Positions 47,228 through 57,177 of a DNA stretch of 64,000 nt are shown one piece after another (the first letter of the stretch is position 1; every line of letters starts with the position of its first letter). Location: the NCBI GenBank assembly GCA_001002415.1, contig LCMB01000005.1, forward strand, positions 13,621-77,620. The letters are read 5' to 3'. The stretch is from Microgenomates group bacterium GW2011_GWF2_46_18 (GTDB taxonomy: Bacteria > Patescibacteriota > Microgenomatia > UBA1400 > UBA12108). The notes under the pieces are model-generated. The model saw only the letters and a list, made by a program, of their open reading frames with translations. It was not told where the DNA came from and searched no databases. The translations under genes and the position numbers were made by a program.

Positions 47228-47833
47228 ATGTTAAAACAATTCTCTCCCCGACAAAAAGTCCTCCTCCTGATTTTGGGAGGCTTATTTGCTCTTCTCCTTA
47301 TATTTTTCTCTCAATTAACTCCTCCCTCTCCCATCATTACTAAAACCAAGCCTCTCGACAAAGCAGTTGATGTTCCGCTTCTTCCCACCATCGAACTTCA
47401 CTTTGATCGTGATATTACCCTCTCAGATATCACCCTTTCCGTCGCCCCCTTCATTGATCTCCGTTCTACTTTAACCTCCCCTACTACTATCGCTTTTGTC
47501 CCCACTTCCCCGCTAACTCCCACAACCACTTATGTTTTCTCTGTCTCAATTCTTGACTCATCCCCGCACCAATTCAGTTTTACTACTCAGTCTACTCAAA
47601 CCGATCAAGTTCTTCTTGACCGCCTCAATTCCGAGCTTGATCGCGATTATCCGCTAGCTGCTAAAACTCCTTATGAAACCTCCCAATTCCGCGTCGTCTA
47701 TAGTGCTCCGCTTACTCTCAAAATTACCCTCAAGTCATCTGCCCTCACTCCAGATTCCGCCACCAATCAAGTCCAAGACTGGGTTAAAGCTCGAGGTATT
47801 AACCCCACCACTCATCAATACGTCGTCGAGTAG
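47228..47833 (+). CDS. Membrane-anchored Ig-like domain protein
   Basis: TM segment, then TKP.D.AVDV...IELHFD...PL.P.TTY....FSFTT (Big_5-like). Confidence 0.7.
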   Translation: MLKQFSPRQKVLLLILGGLFALLLIFFSQLTPPSPIITKTKPLDKAVDVPLLPTIELHFDRDITLSDITLSVAPFIDLRSTLTSPTTIAFVPTSPLTPTTTYVFSVSILDSSPHQFSFTTQSTQTDQVLLDRLNSELDRDYPLAAKTPYETSQFRVVYSAPLTLKITLKSSALTPDSATNQVQDWVKARGINPTTHQYVVE

Positions 47834-47885
47834 TTTTTCCTCATGCGCTATACTTAGTATTAATATCTATTACTGATCACTAGTC

Positions 47886-48878
47886 ATGCAGCAACACCCC
47901 GTCCCCCAAAATGTCACCCAATACCAATTCCGCCTCGTTGGTGACATGACTCTCAAGCAATTTCTCGAACTTGCAGGGGGGATGCTTCTGGCATATCTTA
48001 TCTACGCTAGCAATCTTTTTATCGTTTTCAAGCTCCCCCTCGCCCTGCTTGGTCTTTTTTTAGGGATTGCTCTCGCCTTCTTCCCCATCGAAGATCGACC
48101 CCTGGACGTTTGGTTCATCAATTTTGTTAAAAGTATTTATGCTCCCACTCGTTTCATCTGGAAGAAAACCGAGAGAATCCCCTCTCTTTTTCTTTTTTCT
48201 CCCCACCCGATTACCAATACCGTCACCGCCGTCAAAACTATCAAAGCTCCTCCTATTGCCCTTCCGGCTGCTCCCGCTTCTGATCTCTCCGATCTAGAAA
48301 CTTCACACCTCACCACTCTTAACTCGCTCTTTTCCGCGCTCCCCGCCCCGGCTCCCACATCTCATACCACCCCCATCTTTGAAAAACCTTCCGTTACTGT
48401 CCGCAAACTCACTCTCCCCTCGCCCGCCGTAGCCACTGACGTAGATGTGGCCTCGCCCGTCCCTGTCGTTGCCCCCATTGTGTCTCCCCCCATTATCACT
48501 CCTCCCCCCGTCGTTACCCCTCCTCCAACCACCATATTTGTTCGCCCCACCCCCACTCCCGCCGCCAACCTGGTCACTACTCCTCCCAAACCCATCTCTC
48601 TTCCTTTAAGCCCCCAGAGGCCCAATCTCGTTGTTGGCGTTACTACCGATCCAGCCGGCAAACTCGTCGAAGGAGCTATCGTTCAGATTGTTGATGCTAC
48701 CGGCCTCCCCGCGCGTGCCATGAAAACCAACGCGCTCGGCCAATTCGCAACCGCCACCCCCCTTTCTCCCGGCACTTATACCGTCGAAGTCGATTCTGGT
48801 AGTCATACTTTCTCCCCCCAACAACTTGTTATTTCTGACCAAATTATTCCCCCCTTCGAACTTCGTGCCACGGCTTAA
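47886..48878 (+). CDS. PrgI family (VirB3-like) protein with a Pro-rich linker and a C-terminal beta-sandwich
   Basis: QHPVPQNVTQYQFRLVGDMTLKQF, two TM segments, EDRPLD.W and KTNALGQF. Confidence 0.8.
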   Translation: MQQHPVPQNVTQYQFRLVGDMTLKQFLELAGGMLLAYLIYASNLFIVFKLPLALLGLFLGIALAFFPIEDRPLDVWFINFVKSIYAPTRFIWKKTERIPSLFLFSPHPITNTVTAVKTIKAPPIALPAAPASDLSDLETSHLTTLNSLFSALPAPAPTSHTTPIFEKPSVTVRKLTLPSPAVATDVDVASPVPVVAPIVSPPIITPPPVVTPPPTTIFVRPTPTPAANLVTTPPKPISLPLSPQRPNLVVGVTTDPAGKLVEGAIVQIVDATGLPARAMKTNALGQFATATPLSPGTYTVEVDSGSHTFSPQQLVISDQIIPPFELRATA

Positions 48879-48900
48879 TGCGTTATACTAACAACTAACT

Positions 48901-49539
48901 ATGTCCGATTCTGTCATTGTCGCCACTACCCAAGATCACCTTGACATCGAGACCATCCAAAATGATCTTGTCATCCTCAAAACAGGTATTTGCAGCATGC
49001 TCATCGAAACCTCCGCCATCAACTTTGGCCTCCTCTCCGAAGAAGAACAAGACGCTATTATTTACGCCTATGCTGGCCTTCTTAACTCCCTTAGTTTCCC
49101 CATTCAAATTGTCATTAAATCCGAGAAAAAGGATATTTCCGGCTATCTCGAACTTTTGTCCGCCCAAGAAAAGCAGCTTAAAACCGAACTCCTCAAAACT
49201 CGCATGCAACAATATCGTGAATTTATCGAAACCACGATCACCGAACAAAACGTCCTCGACAAAAAATTCTATTTAGTTGTCAGTTACCAATTAGTGACTT
49301 TATCTGGTAAGGTTGAAATCACTGAAGAGCTTCTCCAAAAAGCCAAAATTGATCTCGAACCCAAACGGGACCACATTATCAAACAACTTTCTCGTATTGG
49401 TTTGACCGCTCACCAACTCAACTCCCAAAGTCTTATGAAGCTTTTCCATAGTTTTTACAACTCCACTATCAAAGGTCAAAAGTTTACCACCACCCCCGAC
49501 TACGAAACCCCGGTTGTCGCTCCCAACATCGCCAAATAA
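48901..49539 (+). CDS. T4SS-associated protein resembling a VirB4/TraC N-terminal segment
   Basis: INFGLLSEEEQDAIIYAYAGLLNSLSFPIQI; lies between PrgI and VirB4. Confidence 0.65.
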   Translation: MSDSVIVATTQDHLDIETIQNDLVILKTGICSMLIETSAINFGLLSEEEQDAIIYAYAGLLNSLSFPIQIVIKSEKKDISGYLELLSAQEKQLKTELLKTRMQQYREFIETTITEQNVLDKKFYLVVSYQLVTLSGKVEITEELLQKAKIDLEPKRDHIIKQLSRIGLTAHQLNSQSLMKLFHSFYNSTIKGQKFTTTPDYETPVVAPNIAK

Positions 49540-49558
49540 TACGCTATACTAACCTCAT

Positions 49559-51397
49559 ATGAACTTGCCCTTCCCTTTTGTTGGCAAAAAACACAGTCAC
49601 GCCAAGGACGCCGACCCTACCGGGACCAGCTCTCCCGTCTCTGCTCCTGTCCGCATCCTCTCCCAGGCTACTAGCCATGTCAAAGACATTATTGCCCCCG
49701 AAGCCATTGAAGTGGACTGGAGTGATATCAAAATTAACGATACCTACTACCGCACCCTCTTTGTCGCTGGTTATCCTCGCTTTGTCAATGCCAACTGGCT
49801 CTCCCCCCTTATCAATTTTAATCACAGCTTGACCGTTTCCATGTTCATTTATCCCGTCGATGGCAAAGGTGTGATCGAAGACCTCCGTCGCAAAATCGCT
49901 GAAATGGAAGCCGAGCTCCAAGGCGATATCCAGCGCGGTCGCATCGTCAATATCGATACTCAAGTCAAATTAGAAGACGCCCGCAGTCTCCAGGAACAGC
50001 TCGCCAAAGGGGCCGAACGTTTTTTCCAGTTTGGTCTGTATATTACCATTCGCGACGATAAAAAAGAGGTACTTAATCAAGTCACCAATCATGTTAAATC
50101 AACTTTAGGGGCTCTCTTAATTGTCGCCAAAACTGCCACCCTCCAAATCGAAGATGGTTTCAAAACTACTCTCCCGACAGGTCTCGACAAACTCAAAATT
50201 AACCGCAACATGGATACCACCAGCTTAGCTACCACCTTCCCCTTCACTTCCTCCGAATTAACCGCCAACGAAGGTTTGATGTATGGGATCAACGAACACA
50301 ATGATAGTCTCGTTGTCTTCGATCGCTTCTCCCTCGAAAACGCCAACATGGTTGTCTTTGCCAAATCCGGCTCCGGCAAAAGTTACATGGTCAAGCTCGA
50401 GATCCTTCGCTCACTTCTTTTCGAAACCGAAGTGATTGTCATCGACCCCGAAGACGAATACCGGAAACTTACCACCGCTCTTGAGGGCACCTACATCGAC
50501 TTTAGTTTTAACTCTCCCGCCCGTCTCAACCCCTTTGATCTCCCCCAAACCAAAGAACCCGACGAAAACGAGCTCGCCATGAAAATTATTTCTCTTCACT
50601 CCCTTTTCAAAATTATGTTGGGAGACGTTAGTGCCAGCGAAGAAGCCCTCCTTGACCGCGCTCTTGTTATGACTTACCAGATGAAAGGAATCACCCGCGA
50701 TCCCGCCACCCACAGCCAGGAACCCCCTCTTATGGAAGATCTCTACAAAGCCCTGATTGGGATGGAAGAAGCCGTGGCCCGTGGCCTGGCCGACCGCCTC
50801 GAAAAATATGTTAAAGGAAGTTTCCAGGGTATCTTCTCTCAAAAAAGTAACGTCAACCTTGGTAGTCAACTAACCGTTTTTGGGATCAAAAATCTCCAAG
50901 ACGAGATGCGCCCCACCGCCATTTTTATCATTCTTGATTATATCTGGACCAAAATTAAGCGCGATCTCAAAAAGCGTCTCCTGGTAGTAGATGAGGCCTG
51001 GTACCTTATGAAATCCGAAGACTCCGCCACCTTCCTTTATGGAATTGCCAAACGCGCCCGTAAATATTTCTTAGGGTTAACCACTATTACTCAGGATGTC
51101 GAAGATTTCCTGGGGAGCGATCACGGCAAAGCTATTGTCAACAATGCTAGTCTCCAGGTTTTAATGAAACAAAGTACCAGCGCTATCGACAAACTGGCCC
51201 AAGTCTTTTTCCTTTCTCAAGGAGAGCGCCATTTTCTCTTAACCGCCGAAATTGGGGAAGCCCTCTTTTTTGCCGGTCAAAACCACGTGGCTATGCGCGT
51301 TGTTGCCTCTCCCGAGGAACACCAGTTGATTACCACCGACCCCCAAGAACTAACCAAAGTTCAGGCGGCAACTCCCCCGCCCCCCGTTAAACATTGA
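49559..51397 (+). CDS. virB4: VirB4-like secretion/conjugation ATPase
   Basis: Walker A AKSGSGKS, IDPEDEY, LNPFD, Walker B VVDEAW, KRARKY and TQDVEDF. Confidence 0.88.
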   Translation: MNLPFPFVGKKHSHAKDADPTGTSSPVSAPVRILSQATSHVKDIIAPEAIEVDWSDIKINDTYYRTLFVAGYPRFVNANWLSPLINFNHSLTVSMFIYPVDGKGVIEDLRRKIAEMEAELQGDIQRGRIVNIDTQVKLEDARSLQEQLAKGAERFFQFGLYITIRDDKKEVLNQVTNHVKSTLGALLIVAKTATLQIEDGFKTTLPTGLDKLKINRNMDTTSLATTFPFTSSELTANEGLMYGINEHNDSLVVFDRFSLENANMVVFAKSGSGKSYMVKLEILRSLLFETEVIVIDPEDEYRKLTTALEGTYIDFSFNSPARLNPFDLPQTKEPDENELAMKIISLHSLFKIMLGDVSASEEALLDRALVMTYQMKGITRDPATHSQEPPLMEDLYKALIGMEEAVARGLADRLEKYVKGSFQGIFSQKSNVNLGSQLTVFGIKNLQDEMRPTAIFIILDYIWTKIKRDLKKRLLVVDEAWYLMKSEDSATFLYGIAKRARKYFLGLTTITQDVEDFLGSDHGKAIVNNASLQVLMKQSTSAIDKLAQVFFLSQGERHFLLTAEIGEALFFAGQNHVAMRVVASPEEHQLITTDPQELTKVQAATPPPPVKH

Positions 51398-52475
51398 TTG
51401 GCATCACCACATACAATCCGTTTTTGTCCCCCTCTTCCCGAAACATTCCTGGGGAGAGTTTGTCTCCCAATCCAATCCAGATATTCTCTCCCGCTATTCC
51501 TGCCAGGTAATCCATCACGTACTTGGCATTAAACACTACTCCCACTTCCCCTCCTTCAATTTTGGCCGGAACCTCTACTCGGCACTCCCCCTTCTCCGGT
51601 GAACTCGAAGTTATCACAATTTTTGCCGCCCCCACTTCCCAACGCATCATGTTGGAATTCTCTCTGGCAAAAATATGAGTCATCCGTACCGCTGATAACA
51701 ATTCTTCTTTCCCTACTTTGACTTCGGTTGTAAACTCCTTGGGCAAAATCTTTTGGTAATCCGGGAAATTCCCTTCCAGTAATTGTGAGATTAACAAAGT
51801 ACTCCCCCCTCGAAACATTATTTGGTGAGTTTCGGGTAGTAGCCCAATCTCGATTTCTTCCTCCTTCATCATTCGGGGTAACTCCGCCAGAACTCTTGAA
51901 GGAACTAGTGCGATTTCACTCTCTCCTCCTTCCCCCATCTCTATATTTTCCACTGCCAAACGGAATCCGTCTGTTGCGACTAATTTAAGTTTCTTTCCCA
52001 GTTCCATTAGTACTCCCGTCAAAACCGGCCTGAGTGAATCCTTGGCACTCGCAAATACCACTCCGTTAATTGCCTCTTCTATTGCTTGATTGTTAATTTT
52101 TCCCTTCCTCCCCCCAAACTCTGGGAGTTTAGGGAACTCGGTTGGATCCATAGTCTGGAAGCTTGCTTCATACCCACCGGCCGTAATTATTAAACTTTTT
52201 TCTTTTAGCTCAACCGTTACTTTACCAGGGGGTAGCGTTCCCAAAAACTCCGCTAGCATCTTTCCTGGGACCGCTGTGGTAAACCCCTCTTCCACCTTCC
52301 CCATTACTTTTACCCTAATCCCAATCTCCAGATCTGTCCCCGACAAGCCGATCCCGCTCTTATCGGCTTCCATCAAGACATATGACAACACCGGCAACTG
52401 GACTCTCGCCGAAACCGCCCTAAGAACCGTCGTCAATCCTCCCAATAACTCTTCTTGCAAAATCTCGAGCTTCAT
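51387..52475 (-). CDS. dnaN: DNA polymerase III beta clamp
   Basis: GTDLEIG, RPVLTGV, VATDGFRLA, GNFPDY and VVMP motifs. Confidence 0.96.
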   Translation of the reverse strand: MKLEILQEELLGGLTTVLRAVSARVQLPVLSYVLMEADKSGIGLSGTDLEIGIRVKVMGKVEEGFTTAVPGKMLAEFLGTLPPGKVTVELKEKSLIITAGGYEASFQTMDPTEFPKLPEFGGRKGKINNQAIEEAINGVVFASAKDSLRPVLTGVLMELGKKLKLVATDGFRLAVENIEMGEGGESEIALVPSRVLAELPRMMKEEEIEIGLLPETHQIMFRGGSTLLISQLLEGNFPDYQKILPKEFTTEVKVGKEELLSAVRMTHIFARENSNMMRWEVGAAKIVITSSSPEKGECRVEVPAKIEGGEVGVVFNAKYVMDYLAGIAGENIWIGLGDKLSPGMFREEGDKNGLYVVMPINV

Positions 52476-52531
52476 AATTTCCCTTTCTTCTTTACTTTCT
52501 ATTATGTACTATCGCTAACACTTAATAAATA

Positions 52532-52722
52532 TAAGTAGTGTTATTAGTAGGGGCGGTGGATTTCTGGAAAACTCTCTGGTCACCCCCGTTGATAACTTTG
52601 TGTATAACCCTGGGGAAAACTTTTGTTTTCGGTGGATAACTTCTTTTTCTCCACTTTTCCCCCTATCTCTTCGCTTTTTTCCCTCCCTTTTCCCCTGAGT
52701 TTTCCACTTTTCTCGTGGATAA
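52532..52722. promoter_or_regulatory. oriC: DnaA-box cluster plus DnaA-trio unwinding element
   Basis: Minus strand reads TTTTCCAGA-AATCCACC-GCCC-CTACTAATAACACTACTTA, then AT-rich DNA, matching the Bacillus-type basal unwinding layout. Further boxes lie at 52587, 52599 (TGTGTATAA), 52611, 52631, 52700 and 52714. Confidence 0.8.
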
Positions 52723-54066
52723 CTAAAGGATGTGTTTAATATCCGCGATCGTCTTGGCCATCGCGGGGTCAGTTTTTAATTGATTGGCGATTTTTTCTAC
52801 CGCGTGCATCACCGTTGTGTGATCTCTCCCCCCAAATAGTCTCCCCACCTGCTCATATGGGACCCCCAAATCCACGTATAGTAGATACATCGCCGCATGT
52901 CTGGCGGCTGCCAGGGGGGCTTTTCTACTCTCCCCCGTTAGCTCTCCCACCCTAAAATCAAAGTACTGGGCTGTCTTAGCGATGACCCCGTTGGGCTTAA
53001 TCCGTTGGTTTCGTCGCTCATTCTCCGCCCCGAAAAACTCTCTTACCAAATCTCCCGAAATCTCCTCTCCCTGTTGGCTCGCCCTTGCCAAAATCCCCTG
53101 TAATGCCCCCTCCAGCTCTCGGATGTTACTGGCCGCCTTCTCTGCCATCAAGGCAATTGTTTCCGGCGGCACACTGATCCCCAATAACTCACATTTTTTT
53201 GTCAAAATTGCCACTCTCGTTTCAAAATCCGGCGCCTGTACATCGACCATTAATCCTCCCATAAAGCGTGAAGACAATCGCTCTTCCAATTTGGCAATTT
53301 CCTGAGGCGGCCGGTCAGACGTCAAAATGACTTGTCGTTGAGACATATACAGCTCGTTAAAGGTATGGAAAAACTCTTCCTGAATATATTCCTTCCCCGC
53401 AATAAACTGAATATCATCTACCAAAAGCACGTTTGGAGCTCGGTATTTTTTCTTAAACTGGGCCGTCTTTTTGTTTTGCAAACTGGCAATCAAATCACTC
53501 CCAAACGTTTCTGCCGAGAGATACATAATGTCCCAATCGGGGTGGTCTAAATAGATTGCATGCCCAACCGCGTGCATCAAATGAGTTTTCCCCAGCCCTA
53601 CCCCTCCGTAGATAAACAGTGGGTTATACCGTAGCCCTGGCGATTTTGCTGCTCCTTGGGCCGCCGCATATGCAAAATTATTCGACGTCCCAACCACATA
53701 AGTTTCGAATGTTAACCTGGGGTTTAAATTATGTTTTCCGCTCCCCTTTGGCATTTCTCTTTCTGTTCTAAATAACGGGAGAACTTGCTCCGGCTCAGCT
53801 TTAGCATCTTTCCCAATCACATAGGCCAACTCCGTTTCTCCCCCGGTCACCCTCTTTATCGCTCTACCAATCATTCCTCCGTAACGCTGGACCATCATCT
53901 GCTCATGGTATGTCGAGGGACAAAGGATACTTGCCCGCTGTTTATTCTCCCCAGTTTTCTCGATTGATAATAAAATCAACGGCTTGATTAATGTTGAAAA
54001 ATACGTTCCCGATACCGACAGCTGTAGCTCGGCCAAGACTGCTTTCCAAATCGTGTTTATTTCCAT
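52723..54066 (-). CDS. dnaA: Chromosomal replication initiator
   Basis: YNPLFIYGGVGLGKTHL, DDIQF, QEEFFHTFN and GGRDHTTV. Start at MEINTIW, with a perfect TTATCCACA just upstream (~54088-54096). Confidence 0.97.
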   Translation of the reverse strand: MEINTIWKAVLAELQLSVSGTYFSTLIKPLILLSIEKTGENKQRASILCPSTYHEQMMVQRYGGMIGRAIKRVTGGETELAYVIGKDAKAEPEQVLPLFRTEREMPKGSGKHNLNPRLTFETYVVGTSNNFAYAAAQGAAKSPGLRYNPLFIYGGVGLGKTHLMHAVGHAIYLDHPDWDIMYLSAETFGSDLIASLQNKKTAQFKKKYRAPNVLLVDDIQFIAGKEYIQEEFFHTFNELYMSQRQVILTSDRPPQEIAKLEERLSSRFMGGLMVDVQAPDFETRVAILTKKCELLGISVPPETIALMAEKAASNIRELEGALQGILARASQQGEEISGDLVREFFGAENERRNQRIKPNGVIAKTAQYFDFRVGELTGESRKAPLAAARHAAMYLLYVDLGVPYEQVGRLFGGRDHTTVMHAVEKIANQLKTDPAMAKTIADIKHIL

Positions 54067-54165
54067 ATCTAATACGATTATCCCCATTTTATCCACATTC
54101 AACAATATATCGTTTCTATCTCCCACCGTGACAAATCCCCTCTCCTCGTGCTAAAATCTCCTTCT

Positions 54166-54300
54166 ATGAAGCGCACCTATCAACCCAAAAAGAAAAAACG
54201 CGTCCGCGTTCATGGTTTTCGCTCACGGATGAGCACCCACAAGGGGCGCCTCGTTCTCAAACGCCGCCGCGAAAGTGGCCGCGCCAAACTTACCGTCTAA
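54166..54300 (+). CDS. rpmH: 50S ribosomal protein L34
   Basis: Manual translation: [44 protein letters not shown]. Confidence 0.97.
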   Translation: MKRTYQPKKKKRVRVHGFRSRMSTHKGRLVLKRRRESGRAKLTV

Positions 54301-54630
54301 ATGATTCCTCAATTCTCTAAATTTCCCCTCCGCACCGACTTTGTTCGTTTTCGTACAGTTGCCAAGAAAATTCTCACTCCCCACACTATCGTCTATTATC
54401 TAAAATCTGGGATCTCCACGCGCTTGAGCGTGGTTGTCCCCAAAAAACTTAGTCCCAAGGCGGTAACTCGTAACTGGCTCAAGCGCTTGACCTATGACAC
54501 TCTCTGGCCCCTGATCCAAGATAAAAATTTTGACTGTGTCATTGTCTATAAACCCCTGCCGCTGTCAAAAACTCCCGCCACGCAAAAGGAATTAATCAAT
54601 GAACTCACCCAAGCTATTAGCAATCTCTAA
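54301..54630 (+). CDS. rnpA: Ribonuclease P protein component
   Basis: [19 protein letters not shown]; conserved synteny. Confidence 0.9.
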   Translation: MIPQFSKFPLRTDFVRFRTVAKKILTPHTIVYYLKSGISTRLSVVVPKKLSPKAVTRNWLKRLTYDTLWPLIQDKNFDCVIVYKPLPLSKTPATQKELINELTQAISNL

Positions 54631-54808
54631 AATTATCGCTCTTAATTTGGGGCTTTCCGCTGGCCGCTGTCGCTACACCCCCACTTGTTCTCGCTACGCT
54701 CGCGAAGCCTTAAGTCGTTATGGTTTACTCAAGGGAGCTTGGTTATCTGGGAAAAGACTGCTAAAATGTCACCCATGGAGCCAGGGTGGTTACGACCCAC
54801 TACAATAA
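54599..54808 (+). CDS. yidD: Membrane protein insertion efficiency factor
   Basis: CRYTPTCS and [12 protein letters not shown] motifs. Confidence 0.92.
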   Translation: MNSPKLLAISKIIALNLGLSAGRCRYTPTCSRYAREALSRYGLLKGAWLSGKRLLKCHPWSQGGYDPLQ

Positions 54809-54846
54809 ATTGATTATTGCTTATTGATTATTGGTTATTATTTTGT

Positions 54847-55581
54847 ATGTATCAACAATTTATCTACCAACCCATTCTCCAAACCCTCTTGTGGTTCTAC
54901 CAAGTGACCGGTCACAACCTGGGGATTGCCATCATTTTGTTGACCCTTTTAGTCCGCGGCGTGCTTATCCCCTTTACTCTCCCCCAGCTCAAATCCGCCA
55001 AAAAAATGGCTTCTTTAAAACCCGAACTTGACGCCCTTAAGAAAAAACATGGATCAGACCCCAAGCTTTTTCAACAAAAACAACTCGAATTTTATAAAGC
55101 TCATGGCGTCAACCCCGCTGCCGGCTGTCTCCCTTTTATTGCTCAATTTGTGGTTTTGATTGCTCTTTATCAAGTTTTTATGCATACCCTGGGCGGTAAC
55201 GGGATGGGAGATATCAACTCTACCTTCCTCCTTTGGGATCTCAAAAACAAAGACACGACCTACATTCTTCCGATTTTGGCCGGCCTCCTCCAGTTGGTTA
55301 CTTCCATGGCCCTCCTTCCCGCCATTGAAAACCAACCCGAAAAAAGGCCCGGCACCAAAGAACAGAAACAAGATGTTGCCGAGATGGCAACCTCCATGCA
55401 ACAACAAATGGTTTTTATGATGCCCATCATGACCGTCATCTTCTCCCTTCAATTCCCCTCCGGATTGGCTCTTTATTGGGTTATCACCACTGCTTTTTCA
55501 CTCACCCAGCAACTCGTTGTCTCCGGGCCTGGTGGCTTACTCGTCTATCTTAAAAAGATTCGTAAATTAATTAATAAATAA
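54847..55581 (+). CDS. yidC: Membrane protein insertase YidC (short form)
   Basis: GIAIILLT, NPAAGCLP and PSGLALYW motifs. Confidence 0.93.
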   Translation: MYQQFIYQPILQTLLWFYQVTGHNLGIAIILLTLLVRGVLIPFTLPQLKSAKKMASLKPELDALKKKHGSDPKLFQQKQLEFYKAHGVNPAAGCLPFIAQFVVLIALYQVFMHTLGGNGMGDINSTFLLWDLKNKDTTYILPILAGLLQLVTSMALLPAIENQPEKRPGTKEQKQDVAEMATSMQQQMVFMMPIMTVIFSLQFPSGLALYWVITTAFSLTQQLVVSGPGGLLVYLKKIRKLINK

Positions 55582-55589
55582 GGACTCTC

Positions 55590-56039
55590 ATGGACAGTCA
55601 TCAAGATCTTATTCACCAATTCTTTTATCATTTTGGCCTCACCCCCGATCAAATTCAGATCGACGCGGAGTCCGACTCTCTGACCATCACTCTTCTGGTC
55701 GACCAAACCGAGACCGGTCGCTATATTGGCCGCTTTGCCACCACCCTCGACTCTCTCCAACTTCTAATTTCCCTGATGATTAATCACGATCAACCGACCC
55801 ATCTTAACGTGACCGTCGATGTCGGCGGTTATCGTCAGGAAAGACTTGCCGTTCTTCAAGATATGGCTTCCCGTATCGAAGCCGAAGTTACCGCGAGCAC
55901 TTCTCCCCGCGCCTTCCCTCCCCTCTCCGCCTCTGATCGTCGCGCCATCCACTTGCTTTATCAAGATCATGCCACGCTCACCACATACTCAGAAGGAGAA
56001 GGTCAATCTCGCCGCCTCATCTTGGCTCCCAAGTCTTAG
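55590..56039 (+). CDS. jag: Jag/KhpB-like KH-R3H RNA-binding protein
   Basis: IGR..TLDSLQ, VDVGGYR, RRAIH and YSEGEG motifs. Confidence 0.85.
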   Translation: MDSHQDLIHQFFYHFGLTPDQIQIDAESDSLTITLLVDQTETGRYIGRFATTLDSLQLLISLMINHDQPTHLNVTVDVGGYRQERLAVLQDMASRIEAEVTASTSPRAFPPLSASDRRAIHLLYQDHATLTTYSEGEGQSRRLILAPKS

Positions 56040-57177
56040 TCGTTGGCTTCTCTACCTGATTTTTTTCTTTGCTCCCACCCAGCTGGGTTTGCATTTTTGG
56101 CCGGACTCAGCCTTGATCTATGGCATCCGTGTTGATTATCTCTCCCCCACCCTCTACTTCCTCGACCTCCTCATTGTTTTTTATCTGTTAGTTCAAAAAA
56201 TTTCTCATCTCCCTCTCAAATCTAGTGGCTGGTATCTAAAGTCTCTCCTCCCCTTCCTTCTCGTCAATCTGCTTTTTTCCACCAATCCTCTTTCCACCCT
56301 CTCCTGGTCTCTCCACTTTTCCCTCTATTTTCTTTTTCTCTTTTCTCTTTCCTTCCCCCTGATTCGCCGTCTCGCCCCTATTCTTCTTCTCTCTCTCATT
56401 ACCCAACTGGCTCTCGCGCTCATCCAAGTCGCCCTCGGTCACTCGCTCCAAGGACTGCTGTACTACCTTGGCGAACGAATGGTCTCTGTAGGTTCTCCTA
56501 ACATCGCTCAAGCCGTGTTTATGGATCGTGTCGTCCTTCGCGCCTACGGCACCTTTTCTCACCCAAATATCCTCGCTGGCTGGCTCGTCATCTCTTTACT
56601 GATTCTTCGCCGGTTAAACCCTCGTCGTTTTGTCCTCGCTATCTCCGGCGCCCTCACAATTCTGGGAGTGTTCTTAACCCAAAGTCGCTCTTCCGCTCTC
56701 GCCCTCTTTGGCATCATCATCCCTTTTTATTTTCTTCGTTCTCTTCGCTCCCGCCTCTTGTATTTTGCTTTTTTCCTAGTTCTTAGTTCCTATTTCCTAT
56801 TTCCTATTTTCATTTCTCGTTCCGATCTCTCCCTTACAGAGCGCCTAGATCTCCAGGATGTCTCCCTCCAGGTCATCCGGCAATTCCCGCTCTTTGGAAC
56901 CGGCGCCCAGGCTAGTATCTCGACTTACCCCGTTGTCTCTCCCTCCCTTCGTCTTCTTCAGCCCGACCACAACAGCTTTACTCTCTTCCTGAGTTGGTTC
57001 GGCCTAGTTGGTGTTTTTTCTCTTTTATCGTTTCTAACGTCTAACATCTATCATCTATTTCCTATTTTACCTCTTCTTCTTCTTGACCACTATCTTCTTA
57101 CTTCTCCCCAGGGCCTCTTTATTCTTTTATTCTATCTTGCGCTACACTACTTCTATGTTCAGAACCATCGCCAGTAA
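55969..57177 (+). CDS. O-antigen ligase/polymerase family membrane protein
   Basis: RAYGTFSHPNILAG, TQSRS, PLFGTG and HNSF. The start is uncertain. Confidence 0.8.
   Translation: MPRSPHTQKEKVNLAASSWLPSLSRWLLYLIFFFAPTQLGLHFWPDSALIYGIRVDYLSPTLYFLDLLIVFYLLVQKISHLPLKSSGWYLKSLLPFLLVNLLFSTNPLSTLSWSLHFSLYFLFLFSLSFPLIRRLAPILLLSLITQLALALIQVALGHSLQGLLYYLGERMVSVGSPNIAQAVFMDRVVLRAYGTFSHPNILAGWLVISLLILRRLNPRRFVLAISGALTILGVFLTQSRSSALALFGIIIPFYFLRSLRSRLLYFAFFLVLSSYFLFPIFISRSDLSLTERLDLQDVSLQVIRQFPLFGTGAQASISTYPVVSPSLRLLQPDHNSFTLFLSWFGLVGVFSLLSFLTSNIYHLFPILPLLLLDHYLLTSPQGLFILLFYLALHYFYVQNHRQ

Noticed and set aside
26736..51397. Prophage or intact ICE
   Set aside because: No integrase, terminase, capsid, relaxase or att repeats were seen, and the locus is interleaved with housekeeping genes.
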